Source of the DNA: Pseudomonadota bacterium
GTDB lineage: Bacteria > Pseudomonadota > Alphaproteobacteria > Rhodobacterales > Rhodobacteraceae
Direction of reading: 5' to 3'
Length of the DNA stretch: 64,000 bases
NCBI GenBank assembly: GCA_038531775.1
Contig: JBCBBI010000016.1
Location: forward strand, 8,662-72,661
Shown: piece by piece, positions 1-8,799 of the stretch
How positions within the stretch are numbered: position 1 is the stretch's first letter
How the letters are laid out: each line of letters starts with the position of its first letter
Notes under the pieces: generated by a model
Seen by the model: the letters and a program-made list of their open reading frames with translations, nothing else
Databases searched by the model: none
What the model was told of the DNA's origin: nothing
Translations under genes and position numbers: made by a program

Positions 1-2
1 CG

Positions 3-914
3 CCCAGTCTGTTGATAGGTCACTCTCTTGGTGGAGCGGCCGTTTTGGGCGCGGCGAGGTCAATGCAATCCGTGCGCGGTATCGTTACGATAGGGGCGCC
101 TTTTGACCCAGGCCATGTAACGCATAATTTTGGTGGCGCTTTGGCCGAGATTGAGACCTCGGGTGCCGCAGAGGTTATTCTCGGAGGGCGACCCATTCGC
201 ATCGGTCAAAACTTTGTTGAAAACGTGCGGGCCGAAAACCTCAAAGACGATATTGCCAACCTCAAACGTGCGCTTCTAGTGCTTCACGCGCCTCTAGATG
301 ATGTAGTCGGCATTGAAAACGCAGGTGAGATTTTTGTAACGGCCAAACATCCCAAGAGTTTTGTCACCCTAGATAAGACCGATCACTTGGTTTCTGACGC
401 ACCGTCGGCAGATTATGCGGCGGAGGTTATTGCGACCTGGGCTAACCGGTATCTTGAGTTGAAGCGCCCTGCCCCGCCCCCAGGCGCACCCGAAGGTATC
501 CTGCGCGTCTCAGAGGCCGATCCGAATGGTTTTTTGCAAGACGTGAACTCTGGCCCAGATCACCATGTGCTCGCCGATGAACCTGTCGCATATGGCGGCA
601 CCAATCGCGGAATGTCGCCATACGGTTTCCTTTCTGCGGGCCTCGGCGCCTGCACTTCGATGACCATCCGGATGTATGCGCGACGCAAGAAATGGCCATT
701 GCAGCATGTTAGCGTTGAGGTGGCCCATGACAAATTGCACGCTCAAGATGCAACTTCTCCGCCAGGAGAAAAGATTGATAACTTTACGCGGGTCATCAAA
801 CTTACTGGCGATCTAAGTGAGCAACAGATTGAAAAGCTCTTGGAAATTGCAGACAAATGCCCGGTTCACCGAACACTCGAGCAAACATCAAAAATTAAAA
901 CTGTGCTGAATTGA
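3..914 (+). CDS. Bifunctional alpha/beta hydrolase / OsmC-like protein (5'-truncated by window edge)
   Basis: GHSLGG nucleophile elbow in the N-terminal part; OsmC Cys motifs GACTSMT and KCPVH in the C-terminal part; frame is open from position 3. Confidence 0.85.
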   Translation, partial: PSLLIGHSLGGAAVLGAARSMQSVRGIVTIGAPFDPGHVTHNFGGALAEIETSGAAEVILGGRPIRIGQNFVENVRAENLKDDIANLKRALLVLHAPLDDVVGIENAGEIFVTAKHPKSFVTLDKTDHLVSDAPSADYAAEVIATWANRYLELKRPAPPPGAPEGILRVSEADPNGFLQDVNSGPDHHVLADEPVAYGGTNRGMSPYGFLSAGLGACTSMTIRMYARRKKWPLQHVSVEVAHDKLHAQDATSPPGEKIDNFTRVIKLTGDLSEQQIEKLLEIADKCPVHRTLEQTSKIKTVLN

Positions 915-935
915 GTAATCGCTTGAAAGCGAAGC

Positions 936-1304
936 TTAAGCGCGCCCGTAGTGTTCCACCATAGCGGCAAGATCTTCTGGTGGTGTGGTCGTCTGCAGAT
1001 AGGCACAGGCATTCGGGCAAAGGCCAAAAATAGAGCCATCTGAAAAAAATGTCGAATTGGTTACGTAAATGATCGGAATGTGTGGATGGAGCAGCCTCAC
1101 GTTATCCGCCAAGGAAAACGCACTGCCCCCACGTAGAACAACATTCATAATAATGAGGTCGGCCTTTTCTGCCTCCAACATATCGAGCGCATTATCTTGT
1201 GTGTGGGCAAGTCGGACTTCTGCACCACCACGTCGCAAGTGCCGTTCCCAAAGCTGCGCTAGAGCACAATTGTTTTCAACAATAAGGACATTCAAATGTT
1301 CCAC
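936..1304 (-). CDS. Single-domain response regulator receiver; phosphoacceptor position is Asn
   Basis: Receiver pattern VLIVENN...ADLIIMNVVL...IIYVT; no output domain. Confidence 0.75.
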   Translation of the reverse strand: MEHLNVLIVENNCALAQLWERHLRRGGAEVRLAHTQDNALDMLEAEKADLIIMNVVLRGGSAFSLADNVRLLHPHIPIIYVTNSTFFSDGSIFGLCPNACAYLQTTTPPEDLAAMVEHYGRA

Positions 1305-1363
1305 GCGATCACACTTCCATTTTCACCCACCACGGCAGTTGCGTCGTTGTTGAGTGCGAATGG

Positions 1364-1379
1364 TTAACAAAAGATTAAC
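1364..1379. promoter_or_regulatory. CtrA-type binding site TTAA-N7-TTAAC
   Basis: TTAACAAAAGATTAAC matches the full CtrA consensus on both strands, 60-75 bp upstream of the receiver gene. Confidence 0.65.
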
Positions 1380-1539
1380 TGCTTCTGAGGCCCGCGTGAT
1401 ACGGCAAGTTTGAGCTTGTTTTCGCCTGTTTTCTGGGTTTCTAACGTAAAACGAGAATGAAAAATGATGAGGCATTGTCCGTGAAAATCATATTACTCGG
1501 ACGACTATATATTTTGATCAAAACGTTTGATGTCCGAAA

Positions 1540-2484
1540 GTGCGATCAGTGACGCATCAGCGTGATCATGGAGGTGGGCTTGATGCGGCAATCATCCGTT
1601 TTGGGGGCCAGCGGCACGAGTGGATTGATCTATCTACAGGGATCAACCCAGTGCCATATCCAATCGGTGAACTTGATCATGAATGTTGGACAGCTCTTCC
1701 AGACAAAAAAGCTTTTGAAGATCTTATCGAGGCGGCTTGTGCTTTTTGGGATGTGCCGGAGCAGGCTGCACTTTTGCCTGCCCCTGGCGCGTCGGCGCTT
1801 ATCGCGCAAATACCAGCACTTGCCAGTCCCGGAACCGTGCACATTCCTGCACCGACTTATAACGAGCATGCTGCGGCCTTTGAGGCACATGGTTGGAGAC
1901 AATCGCAGGACGAAAAGAACGCTTGCGTCCTTGTAAACCCCAACAATCCGACAGGTCACTGGTATAGCGATCAGGACGTAACGGCACCTTTCTGTATCAT
2001 CGATGAGAGTTTTGCCGATATCGCGCCCGAACACTCGCTTATTTCGCATGCAGCCAGGCCTGGCGTTATCGTTCTCAAGAGCTTTGGCAAGTTCTGGGGG
2101 CTCGCAGGATTGCGACTCGGCTTTGCAATTGGCGATCCAAATATGATTGCGAGGTTGAACACAAAACTAGGGCCTTGGGCCGTGTCTGGTCCGGCGTTGG
2201 CACTAGGCGCGCGAGCGCTTCGAGACACCAACTGGGCGCAAAAGACGCGTAAGCGTTTGAGCCAGGACGCCGAACGCCTCGACCAGATAATGTTAAAGTC
2301 GGGAGCAAGCATAACTGGTGGAACGACACTTTTCCGGCTTTACGAAGTCGGCGATGCATCTGCATGGCATGAGCGGCTTGCAAGAAGCCACATCTTAAGT
2401 CGCATATTCCCGTATTCAAATACTTGGCTACGACTGGGTTTGCCTGGACCTGATCAGTGGTCGCGATTGGAGCAGGCGCTTTGA
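1540..2484 (+). CDS. cobC: Threonine-phosphate decarboxylase (cobalamin synthesis; P. denitrificans CobC, S. enterica CobD type)
   Basis: HGG, WIDLSTGINP, NPNNPTG, DESF and PLP-Lys motif SFGKFWGLAGLRLG; adjacent to cobD. Confidence 0.9.
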   Translation: MRSVTHQRDHGGGLDAAIIRFGGQRHEWIDLSTGINPVPYPIGELDHECWTALPDKKAFEDLIEAACAFWDVPEQAALLPAPGASALIAQIPALASPGTVHIPAPTYNEHAAAFEAHGWRQSQDEKNACVLVNPNNPTGHWYSDQDVTAPFCIIDESFADIAPEHSLISHAARPGVIVLKSFGKFWGLAGLRLGFAIGDPNMIARLNTKLGPWAVSGPALALGARALRDTNWAQKTRKRLSQDAERLDQIMLKSGASITGGTTLFRLYEVGDASAWHERLARSHILSRIFPYSNTWLRLGLPGPDQWSRLEQAL

Positions 2485-3392
2485 ACTTTATCGCCATCCT
2501 TACACTGGCGATGTTGCTTGATGCCTTATTGGGAGAACCACGCTGGCTTTGGAGCAGGTTTCCGCATCCTGCTGTGTTGATGGGAAACTTGATTGGCTGG
2601 AGCGACAAAACCTTCAACAAAGGAAAGAGTAAGCGATTGAAAGGCACAGCTTGCTTGTTGACGTGGCTGGCAGGAGCCGCTCTCTGCGGGGTTTTCCTGC
2701 AAAGTTTAGGCTGGTTTTTTGAAATCCTTGTTGCCGCAGTACTCCTTTCACACCGCTCGTTGATTGACCACGTTCAAGCGGTTGCAGACGCGCTTCGCAT
2801 CTCTTTGGGAGATGGCCGGAGAAGCGTCGCTATGATTGTGGGACGCGACACAAAAGATATGGACAGCGCTGCGGTCTCCCGTGCTGCGATCGAATCTGCT
2901 GCTGAGAATTTCAGCGACGGGGTAATCGCGCCTGCGTTCTGGTTTCTGGTGGCGGGCCTGCCAGGTTTGTTGATCTACAAAATCACCAACACAGCAGATA
3001 GCATGGTTGGGTATCAAACAGAACGCCACGGCGAATTTGGCTGGGCATCTGCACGATTTGACGATCTGTTAAACCTGATCCCTGCGCGCGTGACGGCTTT
3101 GCTTTTTGCCATCACGCAAAGGCGGATGGGCGTTTGGCGCGAAATTTCTGACGACGCCGCTCTGCATCGTTCGCCTAACGCGGGCTGGCCAGAGGCAGCC
3201 CTGTCGCGCGGTTTAGGTGTAGCACTAGCAGGACCTCGGTCTTACGATGGTAAAGCGAGCGATTTTCCTTTTGTGAACGTGTCCGGTCGAAAGAGCATCG
3301 GACCGAATGAAATTGAACAGGCATGCACGGCACTCTGGTTCGGATGGTTTGCCGTTGTAGCCTGCCTTTGTGTGGTTTGGCTGGCCTTTTGA
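2481..3392 (+). CDS. cobD: Adenosylcobinamide-phosphate synthase (CbiB)
   Basis: HPAVLMG, VGRDT, AIESAAENFSDG, NTADSMVGY, SPNAGWPEAA; TTG start overlaps the cobC stop (TTGA). Confidence 0.92.
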   Translation: MNFIAILTLAMLLDALLGEPRWLWSRFPHPAVLMGNLIGWSDKTFNKGKSKRLKGTACLLTWLAGAALCGVFLQSLGWFFEILVAAVLLSHRSLIDHVQAVADALRISLGDGRRSVAMIVGRDTKDMDSAAVSRAAIESAAENFSDGVIAPAFWFLVAGLPGLLIYKITNTADSMVGYQTERHGEFGWASARFDDLLNLIPARVTALLFAITQRRMGVWREISDDAALHRSPNAGWPEAALSRGLGVALAGPRSYDGKASDFPFVNVSGRKSIGPNEIEQACTALWFGWFAVVACLCVVWLAF

Positions 3393-3440
3393 TCAACCCT
3401 GCAAGTGTGGGCAAAACACGGAACGGCTTGCCCAGAAAGG

Positions 3441-3471
3441 AAAACAGCGCCTGAAACGAGGCGCTGTTTTT
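3441..3471. terminator. Bidirectional intrinsic terminator
   Basis: AAAACAGCGCCT-GAAACG-AGGCGCTGTTTT stem-loop between convergent genes. Confidence 0.8.
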
Positions 3472-3494
3472 GACGATCCGTCTTTGCTGTAACC

Positions 3495-4412
3495 TTAGGC
3501 GTCAGGTTTGGCCTGGTTACTATACATCACGACTACCCGCTCCATTTCTTCCATGACCTTGATCATGCTGTGAAACTTATGGGTCTCTTCTTCAAGCGTC
3601 ACCTCTTTACCGCTTATGAGTTTGTTCATCTCTGGTTTAACTTCTAGCCAAAGCTGCTCAACTTTTTCTAGACCATTCGAAATCTCTTTGGTTGGTGGGG
3701 CTTTGATGCCAGCGCTCGGCATGCCATGGCGCAAAGCCTCAAGAGAAGCTTCAAAAATACCGATATCCTGAGTCAGTTTTTCTATGGTGTCTGGCTGTTC
3801 ATGATGACTAGCCAGCATGCAGGCTTCTTTAGAAATCCTTTGTGCTAACATACGCTGGCGACTGGCAATCTTAATTATCATCGCATCGGCTTGCACCATC
3901 TCCGCAGGATTTGCGTACTGGCCGGAAATTTCTGTCAAAAGCGCGTCTGCCGCTATCAGAACGGAACCATTTGTTTCAAGCACTGAATTCAAGTCAGCTT
4001 CGTTGACATTGCCCGAAGCAAAAGACAGTGCCGGTTTTTTCAACGGTGCCCAAGCCTCTTTGACAGATGCGATTTTAGCAAGGGTCTTGCGTCTTTCCTC
4101 TGCACCAAGGATGTTGAGATTTGTATCTCCATGCTCCAATGCAGTGAGTATGACGTCAAACTCTTTAATGGAAGCATCTACCATAGCGGCCGTTGTTTTG
4201 GCTTCGACGCCTTCAGCCATATGACAAGCTGATGCGGCGATACTTTGTGATAGCATTCGCAACTTGCTGGAGAATTTAATCCGCTCCTGCGCGCCTACAT
4301 CTTCAATCAAGTTAATTTGCTGTACGTCAGCGTCTTCCGCCAAAGCGGATGTGGACAAACCAAAAAACCCAGTAACAACTAGTACCAACAGACTTTTGGT
4401 CTTGAGATACAT
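3495..4412 (-). CDS. Secreted protein with two tandem NarX/PilJ-like (MCP N-terminal) four-helix domains, paralog A
   Basis: Signal peptide; two P-box-like motifs (KFSSKLRMLSQ, KIASRQRMLAQ); no TM or signalling domain; ATG 4412 chosen by alignment with paralog B. Confidence 0.75.
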   Translation of the reverse strand: MYLKTKSLLVLVVTGFFGLSTSALAEDADVQQINLIEDVGAQERIKFSSKLRMLSQSIAASACHMAEGVEAKTTAAMVDASIKEFDVILTALEHGDTNLNILGAEERRKTLAKIASVKEAWAPLKKPALSFASGNVNEADLNSVLETNGSVLIAADALLTEISGQYANPAEMVQADAMIIKIASRQRMLAQRISKEACMLASHHEQPDTIEKLTQDIGIFEASLEALRHGMPSAGIKAPPTKEISNGLEKVEQLWLEVKPEMNKLISGKEVTLEEETHKFHSMIKVMEEMERVVVMYSNQAKPDA

Positions 4413-4438
4413 GGGATTGATCCTTTTCAATCTTTCAG

Positions 4439-5347
4439 TTAGGTTTCGTTTTTCGCGTATTTTGCGTACATGCCTACGACTTTGTTCATTTCTGACATGA
4501 CAACGTTCAGTTGGTTAAACTTCTGCGTCTCCTCTTCAATTGTGACCTTTTCACCGGACAGCAGTTTTTCCATTTCAGGTTTCACACTTTTCCAGCTGTT
4601 GTAGACGACCTCCAGTTCAGCTTTTATCGCTGCGGTTGGCGGTGCCATAATACCCGCGCCGGGCAAACCGTTGCGAAGGGCGTTCAAAGATGCTTCGAAG
4701 ATTCCGATGTCTTTTCGCATCTTCTCCAGCGCTTCAGAATTTGCTTTGCCACTGTTCAACATACATGCTTCTTTAGAAATCCGCTGTGTCAGCATCCGTT
4801 GGCGACCAGCGATGTCGAGCAGAACTGCATTCGCTTGAACGATCTCCGCAGGATTGGAATACTGACCAACAATGGCGGGAACCAGCTCTACGGCAGCGCC
4901 CAAAAGTGACAGGTTTCCTTCGAGAATCGTATTCAGATTAGTCTCAGAGATATCTCCAGACGCCATTGAAATTGCTGCGTCCCTCAAAGGGGTCCATTCT
5001 TCTTTTACGGCGTCGATTTTTACAATCGTTTTGCGTCTGGTTTCGGCACCCATGATATTGAGGCTTTCATCGCCAAATTCCAGGGCCGCGAGAATTTTAT
5101 CAAATTCCTTTGTAGAAGCATCAAGCATGGCCATGGTTGCTTCCTTATCAACACCTTCTGCAAGATGGCACGCGGAGGAAGCAATGCGCTGCGACAGCAT
5201 GCGAAGTTTTCCGGAGAAGTTGATGCGTTCCTGTGCACCCGTGTCTTCGACCAGGCTAGCTTTTTGAACAGATCCGTCCTGTGCCATAGCGAATGAGGAC
5301 AAACTAGTCGCCAAAACAACGGCGAGGCTTACTGGTTTAATATACAT
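4439..5347 (-). CDS. Secreted protein with two tandem NarX/PilJ-like domains, paralog B
   Basis: Signal peptide (AFAMA-Q); INFSGKLRMLSQR and IAGRQRMLTQR motifs; full-length similarity to paralog A. Confidence 0.8.
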   Translation of the reverse strand: MYIKPVSLAVVLATSLSSFAMAQDGSVQKASLVEDTGAQERINFSGKLRMLSQRIASSACHLAEGVDKEATMAMLDASTKEFDKILAALEFGDESLNIMGAETRRKTIVKIDAVKEEWTPLRDAAISMASGDISETNLNTILEGNLSLLGAAVELVPAIVGQYSNPAEIVQANAVLLDIAGRQRMLTQRISKEACMLNSGKANSEALEKMRKDIGIFEASLNALRNGLPGAGIMAPPTAAIKAELEVVYNSWKSVKPEMEKLLSGEKVTIEEETQKFNQLNVVMSEMNKVVGMYAKYAKNET

Positions 5348-5371
5348 TTGGCAGTTCCTTCACTGGTAAAC

Positions 5372-5399
5372 ACGGCCGGGTCTGTAACAGATTGGCCGT
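5372..5399. other. Stem-loop in the leader of paralog B
   Basis: ACGGCC-GG-GTCTGT-A-ACAGAT-T-GGCCGT, 25-50 bp upstream of ATG 5347. Confidence 0.4.
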
Positions 5400-5533
5400 T
5401 CACTTGACTGCGAGCTCACATCCGTTTCGGAACTCTTTTCCCGCTGAAAGTTGGGGAGAAACACAACGCAAAAACACACAGTGTTACTTCGTAAGGTTTC
5501 TTGTGGGGCAGCAAGTTTGGTTGGTGGAAGTCA

Positions 5534-5564
5534 TTGGCGACGCCCAAAAATAGGGCGCCGCCAA
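5534..5564. terminator. Stem-loop directly after the PBP/OmpA stop (terminator or mRNA stabiliser)
   Basis: TTGGCG-A-CGCCC-N7-GGGCG-C-CGCCAA; no clear U-tract on the minus strand. Confidence 0.45.
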
Positions 5565-5572
5565 CGTAATTT

Positions 5573-7174
5573 TTAAGATTCTTGGTTTCCGTTGGAAATC
5601 CAAACTTCAACCCGGCGGTTGATGGAGCGACCTTGGTCGGTCACGTTACATGCCGATGGAGAAAGCTCACCGTAGCCCTTGGCTTCCATCTGGATGTGAT
5701 CGAGACGGCCCTGCGCAGCAGAACGGATTTCGAACATCAGAGTGTCAGCGCGGTTTTGCGACAGCTGACGGTTGCCTTCGAAAGCACCCACATCATCGGT
5801 AAAGCCAACAAATGTGATCTTGGTGTCTTTTTCAGCTCGCTCCAGGTAGGAGATCAAACGCGACACGTCGAGACGACCACGCTCATCAAGCTTGGAAGAC
5901 CCTGTGTTGAAGCGGAAAGTTGTGGACAAACGATCGTTGTTGCCCAAGTCTTTCAGCATTGCTTCCACCAGCTTCTCTTCAAAGCCTACATCGTAGCCAG
6001 CGAGTTGCCCTTGTAGAGCAACCTTGCGGTTTTCGATACTTTCAGGGGTGCTGCGGATGATGCCGAGATCGATAAAGCCCGATTTCGCGATCACACCGTC
6101 TGCCAGCTCTGATTTTGCAAATTCGACAAGGTCTTTGGTTGGTTTGTCGAAGTTGTCAGAACGAGAGTACAGGTAAAGACGACGGCTAAGGTCGTATTCC
6201 TCTGTCTTGGCCGAGAACGCGTCTGGGCTCACAGTGATTCCACACTCGTTAACCAGCGTCATGGCTTTTGTACCACGCTGGAACGCGTAGCCAACGTAAC
6301 CGATAGAGTAACGGTCGAAGAAAACGGTGTTGGATACACCTTGATCATCGTTGGCAATAGCTTGAGCCAAAAATGGTGAGTTTTCGCCTTCAAAAAGGTA
6401 GTTCATGAAGTATGCATGGCTTGAAGAACCCGCATCACGTGCAACGACGTTGATTGGGAAATCATTACCGCCGACCTGGCTCCAGTTTCTGATTTCACCA
6501 GAGAAAATGGCACGCAGTTGCTCTTTGGTGAGTTGCTTAACTGGGTTGGAAGGGTGTGTAACCACAACCACGTTGTCAATCGCCAGGATGCTTTCCTGTT
6601 GCGGGCTAACCATGTTGCCTGCGCCATCTGCCCGAAGGGCACGAGCCTCGTCGCGCGTGATGCGGCGCGAAGACATACCGATCTGTGCAGAACCATCAAG
6701 CAGCGATGCAAACGCACCGTCGTCAGAAGTAGTCGATACCAGGTAAGAACCCATTTCGTCGCCAAAACCGCCATCCGCGAACAATGTCGCGATGGATTGA
6801 CCTTCTGATACGTTGTTGACTTCAACATCTGCGTCGACGGACGTCGCAAAGCCAGTCATCAGAAGCGGCATCATGCCAAGACCGATCGTGGCAGAACCTG
6901 CGATCGTAACGTCTGCTGTTGTGGTTTCTAGGGAAGGACAGCCAGGGCCCTCACAACGAACGCGAGCCGCGCTGACGCGCATGTCGCCGAGAGCAGTACG
7001 AATGATGTACACGCCTTCTTCTAGAGCGATAAATTCGCCATTAATGTTGACGGTGCCGTCTGCCGATTTCAAAGAAACGTCGTTGGCCACCGCTGCGGTG
7101 GAAAACAACATTCCCGCTGCTACCGCAGCACTCGCCACCGAAGTTTTGAGATGAGTTTTAAATCTTGTTTGCAT
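5573..7174 (-). CDS. PstS-like periplasmic binding protein fused to a C-terminal OmpA-like peptidoglycan-binding domain
   Basis: Signal peptide; TIAGSAT, IGMSSR, SIGYVG, LSRRLYLY (PBP); FRFNTGS, GFTDDVG, LSQNRA, NRRVE (OmpA). Confidence 0.85.
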   Translation of the reverse strand: MQTRFKTHLKTSVASAAVAAGMLFSTAAVANDVSLKSADGTVNINGEFIALEEGVYIIRTALGDMRVSAARVRCEGPGCPSLETTTADVTIAGSATIGLGMMPLLMTGFATSVDADVEVNNVSEGQSIATLFADGGFGDEMGSYLVSTTSDDGAFASLLDGSAQIGMSSRRITRDEARALRADGAGNMVSPQQESILAIDNVVVVTHPSNPVKQLTKEQLRAIFSGEIRNWSQVGGNDFPINVVARDAGSSSHAYFMNYLFEGENSPFLAQAIANDDQGVSNTVFFDRYSIGYVGYAFQRGTKAMTLVNECGITVSPDAFSAKTEEYDLSRRLYLYSRSDNFDKPTKDLVEFAKSELADGVIAKSGFIDLGIIRSTPESIENRKVALQGQLAGYDVGFEEKLVEAMLKDLGNNDRLSTTFRFNTGSSKLDERGRLDVSRLISYLERAEKDTKITFVGFTDDVGAFEGNRQLSQNRADTLMFEIRSAAQGRLDHIQMEAKGYGELSPSACNVTDQGRSINRRVEVWISNGNQES

Positions 7175-7585
7175 AGTCCTGCTTTCACTTTTTTAGGTTC
7201 CGATTACGCTCTCACGCGACCGGGAAATTTTACGTTCCGACAGAGATTCATCGGGACCTTTACAGTTCGTTCATGTGTTGGAAACAAAGACCGAAAATCA
7301 GAAAATAATGTGTCCAAATATGGGAATTGTTGTATTTTATTTTTATTTTAAACAACGGCGGGCACCATATTTCGTGCCTGCACGATTCAAAGACTAAGCC
7401 AGATTTTAATGCAGCCGCGCAGCGAACAGATTTGCAGCACTAATTTTTGATTTTTAACGGTTTTTTTATAATTGCGCTTATCCAAATACGGTCGATTGAT
7501 TCAACTTCAAGCCCGCCAATACCGTGCGAATGCGAAAGTATGTTTCAAAAGAAATGGTATGATTTGGGCAATTTTTGGTCCGAGA

Positions 7586-8359
7586 TCAGATACGGCCAAA
7601 TGCTGACGCAATCGTAGTCAAGGTATCAGGTTTTGCCGCGTAAATTGCTGTGCTTTGGTCGAAATAAAGCAAAACGCTCAGTAGATCCTCAGGCAGCAGT
7701 CCTTCGAGGACCATCATCCTGTAATCGCTGTCGACAAGTTTGATTTCGGATAGGTTTTTGCCAATCTCTCCGAATTTGTCCAACACTTCGGTTTTTAGAA
7801 GTAAAACCGTGGCAGGATCACCGCCTTCGCCCAAAATGGCCTCGTCACCAATCTCGATGCTAGCGATGCAATCATCGCCAAGAAACGCTTGAAATTGTTC
7901 TGCCAAACTTGGCGGAGCGGTGTCCAAATCCACATCCCATAATTCGGCCAATTTGCCAGGCGAAATACCAGCATCCGATTGCGCGGCAGCCTCAGGATCA
8001 AGGTTTCGGAGCAGCATAAGGGAACCGTCTTTGGCAACCAGGGAGACCAGCATCTCGCCAACTGTTTTAACTGCCTCTTCATCTTCCAACGAAAGGGTCT
8101 GCCCAAACACCTGCGAGTTCTGTGCCAAATCCTCTGTTGCGCTCGCGCAGGATCGCAAACGGCGGCCTACCACGCTTAGAGATACACGTGATGTACCCAC
8201 CGAAACATCAATGATCCTAGGCAAAATCGTGTTGTCTATAGCGCGAAGGATACCGGCCAAACCGATCTCAACATTCGACGAGATCAGTTTCATCGCACCG
8301 TTTTTGAAATCACCGGAGTCTGTAAGGTCCTTCAATTTGCGCTCGACATCATCGACCAT
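7586..8359 (-). CDS. Hypothetical protein; C-terminal part is Roadblock/profilin-like (inferred)
   Basis: 257-aa ORF starting 2 bp after the upstream gene; C-terminal alpha-beta-beta-alpha-beta-beta-beta-alpha pattern by eye. Confidence 0.65.
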   Translation of the reverse strand: MVDDVERKLKDLTDSGDFKNGAMKLISSNVEIGLAGILRAIDNTILPRIIDVSVGTSRVSLSVVGRRLRSCASATEDLAQNSQVFGQTLSLEDEEAVKTVGEMLVSLVAKDGSLMLLRNLDPEAAAQSDAGISPGKLAELWDVDLDTAPPSLAEQFQAFLGDDCIASIEIGDEAILGEGGDPATVLLLKTEVLDKFGEIGKNLSEIKLVDSDYRMMVLEGLLPEDLLSVLLYFDQSTAIYAAKPDTLTTIASAFGRI

Positions 8360-8361
8360 CG

Positions 8362-8694
8362 TCAGTCACCAGTACTAATCGCGGACAAACAGTCTTTGGC
8401 TGCGGGTATAAGCTCTTTGATTTCTGTATCGACCGCACAAATGCAGCACAAGACATCTGTCGGTTCGATTTCAGAGCGCAAAAACAGCTTTAGCCGATCC
8501 TTCGTCGTAACCATTGCAGTCGTTCCACCTTCAAGCAAGAAGCTTGCCTCGCGACACATCGCATTTAGGAAGTCTTGGCTTTCGGGAGACGCCGCGTTTT
8601 TTAGAAGAACCATGCGCGTGCTCACATCAATAAAGGCGAGCGTTTCACAGCCCGCAATCTTTTCGCATAGTTCGTCTAGTGTTTGTTGACCCAT
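8362..8694 (-). CDS. Small Roadblock/LC7 (MglB)-like protein (inferred fold)
   Basis: 110 aa; apparent element order: helix, ETLAFID, MVLL, helix, AMVTT, LKLFLR, VLCCIC, helix. Confidence 0.65.
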   Translation of the reverse strand: MGQQTLDELCEKIAGCETLAFIDVSTRMVLLKNAASPESQDFLNAMCREASFLLEGGTTAMVTTKDRLKLFLRSEIEPTDVLCCICAVDTEIKELIPAAKDCLSAISTGD

Positions 8695-8799
8695 CGACCG
8701 ACCAAAACTCTAACTCACGTTATTGGGTTAAGGCAATCATTGGTCGAATGGAAGCCATGTCGCGCCAAATTTTCTGCGGTGTAGCAGCAGGACCTTGGG

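Noticed and set aside
1305-1539. Cobalamin riboswitch upstream of cobC
   Set aside because: No B12-box or GGGAA/GCCACTG core seen; only short AT-rich palindromes such as ATCAAA-ACG-TTTGAT, which is not an FNR site in this orientation
5573-7174. Calling this gene pstS
   Set aside because: OmpA fusion, no pstCAB and no Pho box seen; only the fold family is supported
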